Shown in pieces: positions 49,469 through 58,500 of a stretch of DNA of 64,000 nucleotides. The notes beneath the pieces were generated by a model, which ran no database searches, had not been told where the DNA came from, and saw only the letters and a list, made by a program, of their open reading frames with translations. Numbering within the stretch: position 1 is the stretch's first letter; every line of letters begins with the position of its first letter. A program made the position numbers and the translations under genes. Source of the DNA: Patescibacteria group bacterium (lineage in GTDB: Bacteria; Patescibacteriota; Doudnabacteria; UBA920); contig WARV01000008.1 in assembly GCA_013387205.1 (NCBI GenBank), forward strand, positions 64,136 to 128,135, in the 5' to 3' direction.

Positions 49469-51145
49469 ATGGACAACGCTGAAAACCCGAACTCAAATAA
49501 CAGCAATCCCCTTTTGACCACTAAAGATTTAGTCAGCCTTTTGTCATCTAAGTTCCAAAGAAATGAGCAAGTAAGGGATACTAGCAATTACAGGTATGTC
49601 ATATACGCTAGAAAATCGACGGAGAACGCCGAAAAACAGGTCAGGTCGCTATCTGACCAAGTTATTGAATGTAAGCAATTAGCCGAAAAGGAAAACTTAA
49701 AAATTATATCGGTTATCACCGAATCGGAATCGGCCAAAGAGCCGGACATTCGGCCAAAGTTTCGGCAGATGTTGGAAGATATGAAAAGCGGAAAATTTGA
49801 GGGGGTAATTGCGTGGCATCCTGACCGGCTGGCGCGTAATATGAAAGACGCCGGTGAGATTATAGATTTGCTGGACAAGGAACTTATTAAAGATTTAAGG
49901 TTTGTCAGTTACGTTTTTGTAAACGATACGGCCGGCAAAATGATGTTGGGTATTTCTTTTGTCCTGTCTAAACAGTATTCGGACAAGTTGAGCGACGATG
50001 TTTTGCGAGGCAATAAACGGAGCATTGAAGAGGGTAAATATCTTGGCCGCGTTAAACACGGCTATTACAAGGACGCAAATCAATTACTGCGGCCGGACGG
50101 CGATAATTTCCTTCTTATAAAGCAAGCCTTTCAATTACGGCTACAAGGTAAAACGATTGACGAGATTAAGGACTTTTTACACGCGCATAATTATTCGCTG
50201 CGGCAGCCCAACGGCCAGCATAAACTTTACAGGATAGATAAAAAGCGTGTTTCGGACTTTCTTAAAGACCCAGCCTATACTGGCGTGCTTATACGTGGCG
50301 ATAACATTGTGGATTTAACCGAAAAATACCAATTCGTTCCTGTTATTTCGGTAGATGACTTTTTAAAAATTAACAAACTCACTCTGTCCAAAGCGTTTCG
50401 CTTGGTCAAGAAATTCTATCCGCCTAATAAGATTAAAGCCGACCTGTTTCGGGGTTTGGTAACTTGCGGTGAATGTAACGAAATTATGTCATCGGGAATT
50501 ACAACCAAGCCCAAAGTCGGCAAGTCTTATTTTTACTTTCGTTGCGAAACTGACCGCTGTCCGGTAAAAGACAAATCCGTTAGGGCTAAAGTTATTGTGG
50601 ACTCGGCTTGCGAGTATTTAGAGCAAAATCAATTTAGCAGCCCAAAAGCCTATGAGCATTATAAAAAGGAATCGGCCAAAGTTTTTACCGAGCGACTGGC
50701 TGATGTTAAAAAGCAGCACGATGTTTTAGTGGCTTCCAAGCGTGAGGGTGAAAAGCGGCTATCTAAAATTAAAGACTTCTTGCTAAAGGAAGATGACCAA
50801 GCGCTAAGGGAATCATTTAAGGCCGATTTAGCCACAAAAGAAAAAGAATTAACAGAACTGGCCGAGCAAATATCCAAACTCAAAGCAGCTTTGCACACTA
50901 AAAAGACGGCGATTTTAAATTATCCGCAGTTTCTCGAACTTTTAGTTAAACTGCCCGTGGTTATTAGACAAACTAAGAATATGCAGGACTTAGACTTCCT
51001 TATACGAAAAATCTTCTCGAACTTTATTATCAGCAAACAAAAAACGGCTCAAATAAAACTAAATGAACCGTTTAATGCCCTCCTTGGGGTGGCAAAAATG
51101 CCCGAAAGTATACAATGGCGGGGACGGCGGGGCTCGAACCCGTAA
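49469..51145 (+). CDS. Large serine recombinase (resolvase catalytic domain, recombinase domain and zinc ribbon)
   Basis: YVIYARKSTENAEKQVRSLSDQ (catalytic Ser); HPDRLARN; CGECN ... C ... C zinc ribbon; 558 aa. The last 10 codons are antisense to tRNA-Asp. Confidence 0.8.
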   Translation: MDNAENPNSNNSNPLLTTKDLVSLLSSKFQRNEQVRDTSNYRYVIYARKSTENAEKQVRSLSDQVIECKQLAEKENLKIISVITESESAKEPDIRPKFRQMLEDMKSGKFEGVIAWHPDRLARNMKDAGEIIDLLDKELIKDLRFVSYVFVNDTAGKMMLGISFVLSKQYSDKLSDDVLRGNKRSIEEGKYLGRVKHGYYKDANQLLRPDGDNFLLIKQAFQLRLQGKTIDEIKDFLHAHNYSLRQPNGQHKLYRIDKKRVSDFLKDPAYTGVLIRGDNIVDLTEKYQFVPVISVDDFLKINKLTLSKAFRLVKKFYPPNKIKADLFRGLVTCGECNEIMSSGITTKPKVGKSYFYFRCETDRCPVKDKSVRAKVIVDSACEYLEQNQFSSPKAYEHYKKESAKVFTERLADVKKQHDVLVASKREGEKRLSKIKDFLLKEDDQALRESFKADLATKEKELTELAEQISKLKAALHTKKTAILNYPQFLELLVKLPVVIRQTKNMQDLDFLIRKIFSNFIISKQKTAQIKLNEPFNALLGVAKMPESIQWRGRRGSNP

Positions 51146-51192
51146 CCTCTCGCGTGACAGGCGAGTGCTCTAACCAATTGAGCTACGCCCCC
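51116..51192 (-). tRNA. tRNA-Asp (anticodon GUC)
   Basis: Manual fold: GGGGGCG acceptor, D arm GCTC/GAGC, anticodon loop CTGTCAC, T loop TTCGAGC, CCA end. Confidence 0.8.
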
Positions 51193-51268
51193 AAATATTA
51201 AGTTCTAAATCCTAATTTCTAAACTCTAAATATTGCTAAAGGATATGGCCAAAGGCCAGACGAAGCTT

Positions 51269-51345
51269 TAGCGAAGTCTGGTGCCGGAGGGTGGAATTGC
51301 ACCGCCGACCTTGGGCTTATGAGTCCCACGCTCTAACTAACTGAG
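51269..51345 (-). tRNA. tRNA-Met or tRNA-Ile2 (anticodon CAU), with an atypical T arm
   Basis: Acceptor GCCGGAG/CTCCGGC, anticodon loop CTCATAA, CCA end. The T loop TGCAATT has one stem mismatch. Confidence 0.6.
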
Positions 51346-51465
51346 CTACTCCGGCTTATTGCTGTTTAAACTAAAACCCTCCGGACAGAGGGTAAAAATC
51401 TGTCACGATTTTCAGGTTTTTAACCTAGTCAGTTTTCCATATCCATAATTGATGAAAAACTAGCT

Positions 51466-51541
51466 TGGTTGCGGGACCCGGACTCGAACCGGGAACCTCA
51501 AGGTTATGAGCCTTGCGAGCTGCCAATTGCTCTATCCCGCG
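51466..51541 (-). tRNA. Initiator-like tRNA-fMet (anticodon CAU) with a C1:A72 mismatch
   Basis: CGCGGGA ... TCCCGCA-A-CCA, anticodon loop CTCATAA, T loop TTCGAGT. Confidence 0.7.
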
Positions 51542-51722
51542 ATAATAACTGATATATTATAATATACAATTAAAAATTAATCAAATCCACATTTCACAAT
51601 TCAAACAAAGCCGGGTCTTTACTGCCAAATATTTGTCAACAAATGCGTAAAATTGATATAATAATAACAACAATATACTAGACGGTTTTAACGTCTTATC
51701 TAATAGAAATAACAAATAAAAC

Positions 51723-52757
51723 ATGATAAATACAATACTTTATGTGGTATCAGCGGTGCTCTTTGCAGGTATGGCTGTTTTGGCATATCTTTTGATAGAC
51801 TTAAAAAAGCAAGCAGAGAAACCTCAAGATGATAACAGCCTAAAGGTAATGATGGAATGGATGAAAGAGATTAAAAGCGGCACGGACAAAACCCGCGATT
51901 CCATGCAGCAGAGCATTAACGAAACGAATAAAGCCATTAACGAAAGATTGGATAATGCGGCAAGAGTGATTGCGGGACTTCAGGGCAAACTAGGAGAAAT
52001 GACTCAAATTGGACCGGATATTCGCAGATTGTCGGAAGTCTTAGCCAGCCCAAAAGCCCGCGGTAATTTTGGAGAAGAAATGCTGGAAAGCTTGCTTGCG
52101 GAAACTTTGCCGAAATCAGTTTATGGCATACAGTATAAATTCAAAAATGGCGAGACCGTAGACGCTTACGTATCCATCGATAATAAAATTTTGCCCATCG
52201 ACAGCAAATTCAGCATGGAAAATTTCAGGATGTTTAAAGAAGCTAAAGACGACGATACTGCGGAGACTTTGAAAAAAGCGTTCCTTAAAGACGTAAAAAA
52301 GCGCATAGACGAAATTCATAAAAAATATATTTTGCCGCAAGAGAACACTTTTGACTTTGCCTTAATGTATGTGCCAAGCGAAGGAGTTTATAGCGAGATT
52401 GTGGAATCTTTGGAAACCATGGCATATTGCCGCAAACAAAACGTCATCCCGGTAAGTCCTAACACTTTATTTGCATACATGCGCATTGTTATTGTGTCTT
52501 TGCGCGGCCAGCAAATAAATGATGCAGCTCAAGAAATTATGAAGATGATTTCCGGTATAAAACAGGAAAGCGAAAAATTCGGGCGGAATTTGGAAATTTT
52601 AGGAAAACATATAGTAAACGCAGGCAGCGCTTACACAACTGTCGGCAACGATTTCGCCAAACTCAAAACCAGCATAACAAACGCTGCCACATTACAGCTC
52701 AAAGAAGCTCCAGAGGCCAAAGAAACGGTTATAGAAACACAAAAATTATTAGATTAA
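51723..52757 (+). CDS. rmuC: DNA recombination protein RmuC
   Basis: N-terminal TM helix, coiled coil, then a nuclease-like C-domain (DAYVSIDNKILPIDSKF ... FALMYVPSEGVY). Confidence 0.75.
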   Translation: MINTILYVVSAVLFAGMAVLAYLLIDLKKQAEKPQDDNSLKVMMEWMKEIKSGTDKTRDSMQQSINETNKAINERLDNAARVIAGLQGKLGEMTQIGPDIRRLSEVLASPKARGNFGEEMLESLLAETLPKSVYGIQYKFKNGETVDAYVSIDNKILPIDSKFSMENFRMFKEAKDDDTAETLKKAFLKDVKKRIDEIHKKYILPQENTFDFALMYVPSEGVYSEIVESLETMAYCRKQNVIPVSPNTLFAYMRIVIVSLRGQQINDAAQEIMKMISGIKQESEKFGRNLEILGKHIVNAGSAYTTVGNDFAKLKTSITNAATLQLKEAPEAKETVIETQKLLD

Positions 52758-52786
52758 ACTATGCGTGTTGGTATTTTCATAAGATT

Positions 52787-53263
52787 ATGAAAAAAAACGA
52801 CAAAATTAGCATTACCGGATTTACATTAATTGAGTTGCTGGTAGTAATAGCTATTGTAGGCCTGCTTGCATCAGTGCTCCTTATGACCTTGAACAACGCA
52901 AGGATAAAAGCCAGAGACGTAAAAAGAAAGTCCGACGCTGCTCAGCTCGCAAAAGCACTGGCTTTATATTACGACAGTAACCAGTCAAAATACCCCTTAG
53001 GGCCCATATCTACCGTTAACGGCGATTGGCCGGCGGCTTTCAAGCAGCAGATGGAGCCATTCGTTTCGGCGTTGCCAAAAGATCCTCTTGCCAATAATTT
53101 AAACAGATTTTATGAAATACTGCTCTGGCCTTCGAGTATATGCAAAGACCATTATGTGATTCTTGTAGTACTGGAAGACGCGGCAAATATGAGCCCTTCT
53201 GACAATACATGCGATTATCCGACTAATTTTGGCTGGGTATTTCAGGACTTGGGCGCTCCTTAA
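52787..53263 (+). CDS. Prepilin-type N-terminal cleavage/methylation domain protein (type IV pilin / T2SS pseudopilin)
   Basis: GFTLIELLVVIAIVGLLA prepilin motif; DVKRKSDAAQLAKALALYYDSNQSKYP. Confidence 0.7.
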   Translation: MKKNDKISITGFTLIELLVVIAIVGLLASVLLMTLNNARIKARDVKRKSDAAQLAKALALYYDSNQSKYPLGPISTVNGDWPAAFKQQMEPFVSALPKDPLANNLNRFYEILLWPSSICKDHYVILVVLEDAANMSPSDNTCDYPTNFGWVFQDLGAP

Positions 53264-53586
53264 AATAGCCCATGCGCTGCACTGCCTCATTTGGTGGCAA
53301 TGTTTTAAATTGGTATAATAATTTCAGCCATTTTGCCGCGAAATCCGTCTTAACTATCAAAAATAAACCCCGCACAACCTGATTTATCTATTTTTACAGC
53401 AATAAATATCAACAAAGAAGATTACTATCAAACACAAAGATATTTAAAAATACTTAATTTAAAGTTAGGATTAATAATTAATTTTCAAAGCTTATATTTA
53501 AAACCTCAAAGGGTGATAAATTTTTTAAAAATTAATTTTCCGAAGTTATTTCGCAGATTCGAATAATTTCGAAGTTTCGAACCATT

Positions 53587-54105
53587 ATGCCAATTAGAAA
53601 TCCTGACCAAAGAGTCGGAGTGTTCGTGGATGTGCAGAATTTATATTATTCTGCACGCAATATTTACAACGCCAGGGTAAAATTTAATGAAGTTTTAAAC
53701 GAGGCCGTGGCAGGGCGCAAACTTATCCGCGCTATTGCCTATGTCGTGGAAGCCAACATGCCGGAAGAGCACACGTTTTTTGAGGCTTTGGAAAAGGCTG
53801 GCTTTGAAGTTAAAAGAAAAGAACTGCAAACCTTTGCCGGCGGCCACCAAAAAGGCGATTGGGACGTAGGGATAGCTATGGACATCGTAAAGTTAATGAA
53901 TAAACTGGATGTCGTGGTGTTGTGTAGCGGCGATGGCGATTATGTTCCACTTTTGGAATACATGCAAATGTCCGGGCAATTTACGGAAACCTTAGCATTT
54001 GGCAAATCGTGCAGCGGAAAAATTAAAGAGCTGACCGATTATTTCATTGACCTTGATGAAAACCCCAGAAAATTCTTAATGCCAATTCGTAACGGAAGGA
54101 AATAA
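53587..54105 (+). CDS. NYN-domain (LabA/DUF88-like) putative RNase
   Basis: VGVFVDVQNLYYSAR ... VVLCSGDGDYVPLL. Confidence 0.65.
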   Translation: MPIRNPDQRVGVFVDVQNLYYSARNIYNARVKFNEVLNEAVAGRKLIRAIAYVVEANMPEEHTFFEALEKAGFEVKRKELQTFAGGHQKGDWDVGIAMDIVKLMNKLDVVVLCSGDGDYVPLLEYMQMSGQFTETLAFGKSCSGKIKELTDYFIDLDENPRKFLMPIRNGRK

Positions 54106-54136
54106 ACCGACCCTAAAATTTACATGTTTGTTAGCC

Positions 54137-54179
54137 CTCTTCTCCTAGCCAGGAGAAGAGATGGAGATGAGGTCGAAAC
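54137..54179. repeat. Left bracket of the DUF559 cassette: 10-bp-stem hairpin ctcttctcct-agcc-aggagaagag plus inverted repeat gatgaggtcgaaac
   Basis: Read directly from the sequence. The partner on the right is at 54530-54577. Confidence 0.6.
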
Positions 54180-54530
54180 ATGACAACAGACCCAAATTTT
54201 GTAAAACTATCCAGGCAGTTAAGAAAAAACCAGACACCTTGGGAAAAGAAATTATGGATGCACTTAAAGGGCAGTAAGTTTTATGGTTATAAGTTTAAAA
54301 GGCAGACAGTAATCGGCTCATTTATTTATGACTTTAGCTGCTTTGAAAAGAAGCTTCTAATTGAGCTAGATGGTTCCCAACATACAAATGATGAGATAAA
54401 GCATAAAGACCAGGCAAAAGAAGACTTTGCCAGAAAGCTAGGCTATCAGATACTAAGATTTTACAATTACGATATTGCTAATAACCTCGAAGGTGTATTA
54501 GAAAAAATAGAATTAACAATCAACCGCTAG
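54180..54530 (+). CDS. DUF559 endonuclease-domain protein (Vsr/PD-(D/E)xK-like)
   Basis: LR.NQT.WEKKLW.HL ... KFKRQ ... IYDF ... LLIELDG.QH ... ILRFYNYDI, the DUF559 pattern; 116 aa. Confidence 0.65.
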   Translation: MTTDPNFVKLSRQLRKNQTPWEKKLWMHLKGSKFYGYKFKRQTVIGSFIYDFSCFEKKLLIELDGSQHTNDEIKHKDQAKEDFARKLGYQILRFYNYDIANNLEGVLEKIELTINR

Positions 54531-54577
54531 TTCGACCTCATCCGGCCTGCGGCCACCTTCTCCTTGCCAGGAGAAGA
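54530..54577. repeat. Right bracket: inverted repeat gttcgacctcatc, a GC hairpin, and hairpin cttctcct-tgcc-aggagaag (which provides the ribosome-binding site for the PIN gene)
   Basis: Reverse complement of the left bracket (13/14 and 8/10). Confidence 0.6.
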
Positions 54578-54587
54578 GGAAAAATAC

Positions 54588-55037
54588 ATGAAAATTGTTT
54601 TAGACACAAATGTCCTGATTAACGGATTTAAAGATGATTACTCCTTTGAAAAACGCATCATAGACGAGGTTTTGGAAGGAAAGTTACAGGCCTATGCCAA
54701 CAGGCAAACATTGCGTGAAAATAGGCTAATTTCCTCGCAATTGATAGATAACGACGAATACAGGCACCAATTAGACGATTTATTTAGCAAAATCCATTGG
54801 GTTGTTAACCGTAGGCAAATTCATGTAGTTGACGATCCTGAAGATAACAAAATATTGGAAAGTGCTGTTGAAGCCGAAGCGGATTATTTAATTACCAGCG
54901 ATAACGACTTGCTAAAACTAAAAGCATATCAAGACATAGAAATAGTAACCCCATCCCAGTTTTGGTCCAAATACAAAGACGAAGGCAATGACTTATGGAA
55001 GCAATGGACAAACTTCATTAGAAATGACAAAAATTAA
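54588..55037 (+). CDS. PIN-domain nuclease (VapC-like toxin family)
   Basis: MKIVLDTNVLI ... and a later ITSDNDLL acidic motif. The start was trimmed to the ATG 8 nt after the AGGAGAAGAGG site. Confidence 0.6.
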   Translation: MKIVLDTNVLINGFKDDYSFEKRIIDEVLEGKLQAYANRQTLRENRLISSQLIDNDEYRHQLDDLFSKIHWVVNRRQIHVVDDPEDNKILESAVEAEADYLITSDNDLLKLKAYQDIEIVTPSQFWSKYKDEGNDLWKQWTNFIRNDKN

Positions 55038-55069
55038 AAAAATGACAAAATTGACAAAAATAATCAAAA

Positions 55070-55457
55070 ATGGAAAAAGACTTTAAAAATTGGTTACATA
55101 AAAAAGAAAATATACACAACTGCAAATCCTAGGCCTTATTATCACGAACGGGAAATCTGGTATTGTTCTTTTGGTATAAATGTCGGTTTTGAGCAAGACG
55201 GCAAAGGAGAAGATTGTTTCAGGCCCGTTTTAATATTTAGAAAATTCAATAATGAAATTTTTTGGGCAGCACCGTTAACATCGGCGCTCAAGAATTCACC
55301 ATACTATCAAATTATAAAGTTTAGCGATAGGCAAAGTTCAGTAATTTTATCACAAATTCGTTTGATTGACGCAAAAAGATTGGGCTATAAAATTGGCACT
55401 TTGGATAAAAACCAATTTTCTGAAACAATAAAAAACCTCAAAGCATTACTGCCTTGA
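55070..55457 (+). pseudogene. MazF/PemK-family mRNA-interferase toxin gene with a +1 frameshift (or sequencing error) in an A-run near the 5' end
   Basis: ATG frame gives MEKDFKNWLHKKENIHNCKS followed by TAG. The +1 frame continues as PRPYYHEREIWYCSFGINVGFEQDGK ... VLIF ... AAPLTSA ... ILSQIRLIDAKRLGYKIGTL, which aligns with MazF. Confidence 0.55.
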
Positions 55458-55530
55458 GCTTTGCAATTTTAACCCCCGCCGAAGCGGGGTCGGGCCGAAG
55501 CCATTTAGTAACTATATTGTACACCCTTTT

Positions 55531-58500
55531 ATGACGTTTGTCAAGAATAGCGACTTACTTGAAAATTTAAACAAAGAACAAAAAGAGGCTGTTGTTCATA
55601 AAGATGGGCCGCTTTTGATTGTGGCTGGGGCAGGCACGGGTAAAACCACAGTAATCACCAGAAAAATCGCGCACTTAATTGAACAAGGCCAGGCCAAGCC
55701 TGATGAAATTTTAGCTTTGACTTTTACGGAAAAAGCTGCCGGGGAAATGCAGGAACGCGTGGATATTTTATTGCCTTTGGGCTATCACGACTTGTGGATT
55801 TCTACTTTTCATAGCTTTTGCCAAAGAATTTTGGAGCAGCATGGCTTGGATATTGGCCTTCCGGGCGATTTTAAAATACTAACCGACGTCCAACAATGGG
55901 TAATGGTGCATAATAATTTGAATAAGTTTAATCTTGATTATTATAGGCCCCTGGGCAACCCCAAAAAATTCATTTCTGCGCTTTTAAAACATTTTTCCAA
56001 ATGCAAAGACGAGCTGATTACTCCTGGAGAATATTTAAATCATGCTGAAAGCCTGAGGCTTGGGACTGATCAACCTTCGAAAAAGAAAAGTAAAAATGTA
56101 GGGGCGGATCTCATCCGCCCTAAAATCGGGAAGGTAAGATCTTCCCCTACAACTACTGCATTAATCGAACAACCTGTTGCAACTGAAGACATGGATGAAA
56201 CTGAAATCTTCAGGCTGGAAGAAGTAGCCAATGCTTACCACACTTACCAAAAAATGCTTTTGGACGGCAATTTCCTGGATTTTGCGGATTTGATAAATTA
56301 TACTTTGGAACTGTTTAAAAAGCGCCCTAAGATCCTCGAGTATTACCAAAACAAGTTCAAATATATTTTGGTGGATGAATTCCAGGATACCAATTACGCC
56401 CAGTACCAGCTGGTAAAAATGCTGTCTGGCAACAATGGAAATTTAACCGTGGTTGGCGATGACGACCAGTCCATATATAAGTTCCGCGGCGCCAGCGTCT
56501 CCAATATCTTAAAATTCCAAGAAGATTACCCCAAACTAAAACAAATTACCTTGGTGGAAAATTACCGGAGCAGCCAGGAAATTTTGGATTTGGCTTATAA
56601 TTTTATCCAATTAAACAATCCGGACAGGCTGGAAGTTAAATTAAAAATCGACAAGAGGTTAAAATCTTCAAATAAAACGGATGCGGTAATTCAAGTTTTA
56701 GAAGGCAAGGATTTAAGCGACGAACTGAATTCTGTCGCAAAAAAAATCTTAGAATTGAAGGAAAACAATAAGGATTCGACTTGGAACGATTTTGCCGTTT
56801 TAATCCGCAGCAACTCCGCGGCAGACGAATTATTACCCATACTTTCTTCATACAACATCCCGCATACCTTTGTTGCCAATACCGGGCTTTACAAAAAGCC
56901 GCTAATCGCCAGCTTAATAGCTTATATCAAGCTTTTGGATAATTTCCACGATTCATTCAGCCTTTACAGGGTGCTATGTTTTGCTGATTTTGGGATTAAG
57001 CCTGATGAAATTTCCACAATGCTGGAAAACTCAGCCAAAAAAACCTTGTCTTTGTATGAAATTTTGCAGGTAGCGGATTTAGACCCATCCTTGAGTAGCG
57101 AGACTAAAGCAAGCATAAAAAAGTTTGTTTCTTTCCTGCATAAGCATGCCGATTTGGCGCAAAGCAAATCCGCAACCGAATGCTTTGTCGACATTGTCTC
57201 AGACCTGCATTTGCAAAAAAAACTCCAGGCGCAGAATTTGGAAAACGCGGAAAACCGCGAACTGCTCGAACAATTTTACAAAAAAATAGAAAATTTCACA
57301 CAGGAAAGCGCAGACAAAAGCATTCATTATTTTATCCATCTGCTGGATTTGGAAATGGAGGCAGGGGACGAAGGACAGATAAAATTCGACCCGAACCTGG
57401 GCCCGGAAAGCCTTAAGGTTTTAACTGTGCACGCGGCCAAAGGATTGGAATTTTCCCATGTATTTATTATCAATATGGTTGACCAAAGGTTTCCGACCAG
57501 AGCCAGGAAGGATTCCATAGAAATTCCGACAAGTTTGGTTAAAGACATTTTGCCGGAAGGGGACTTCCACTTACAGGAAGAGCGCAGGTTATTTTACGTT
57601 TCACTAACCCGCGCTAAAACGAATTTATATTTAAGCTGGGCCAAAGATTATGGCGGAAAAACCTTAAAAAAACCCTCGCAATTTTTAGTTGAAGCTAAGC
57701 TGGTGCCAAGCGAAAAAGTATCCGCCGCCACAGGAAAAGTCATTTTCACCAAACCCGCGCCGCAAAAGATAGTTTTCCAGCAGCTGCCAAACAGTTTTTC
57801 TTTTTCCAAAATCAAAGCATTTAAAAATTGCCCGCTTGAATATAAATATAGATATTATTTGAAATTCCCTACCAAGGGCAATCGGTATTTAAGCTTTGGA
57901 CAAACCATCCATTTAACCTTTGAACAATTTTTAAAGGATTATTTAAAAAGGCTGAATTCCAAGCAGCAGGATTTATTTGGAAATACGCCCGGCAAAATTG
58001 AAATTGGAAGCCGTGAATTTTTAGAGCAGCTTTACCATCAAAATTGGATTGACGAATGGTACCAAAGCAAATCGCAAAAAGAAATGTACAGGAAGAGAGG
58101 ATTAAAGATGCTCAGGACATTTTACGATTACGCTTCGCAAAATATTCCAGCGCCAAAATTCATTGAGCAGAGCTTTAATATGAAAATTGACAAGTATTTC
58201 TTTAACGGCAAAATCGACAGGGCAGACCTGCTCCAGGACGGCAGGATAATGATTTTGGACTATAAAACAAGCGAAAAAGTGCCAAAAAAAACAGACAAAG
58301 ACGACTTAGACCAACTGTATATTTACCAATGGGCGGCTCAGGAGCACCTGAATGAAAAGGTGGGCGGTTTGGCTTATTGGTATTTGGACGAAAATAAATT
58401 TGTCCAGGAAGAAGTGGCGCCTGAAGAAAAAATCGCAAAACTTAAAAACGATCTTTTAGAAACCATTGAAAAGATTATATACACAATAAAGTACGATTTA

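Larger units (their letters stand above)
46265..51145. mobile_element. Putative integrated element (higher GC) ending in a large serine recombinase that overlaps the 3' end of tRNA-Asp; the left boundary is uncertain (candidates at 46265 or 47524)
   Basis: GC visibly elevated relative to the flanks. The recombinase stop codon lies inside the tRNA. Degenerate copies of the tRNA 3' segment (TGGCGG ... GCTCGAAC) occur at 47524-47557 and 46266-46274. Confidence 0.4.

Noticed and set aside
55459-55495. GC hairpin cccccgccgaagcgggg after the MazF pseudogene as a terminator
   Set aside because: No U-tract follows, so it was not called.
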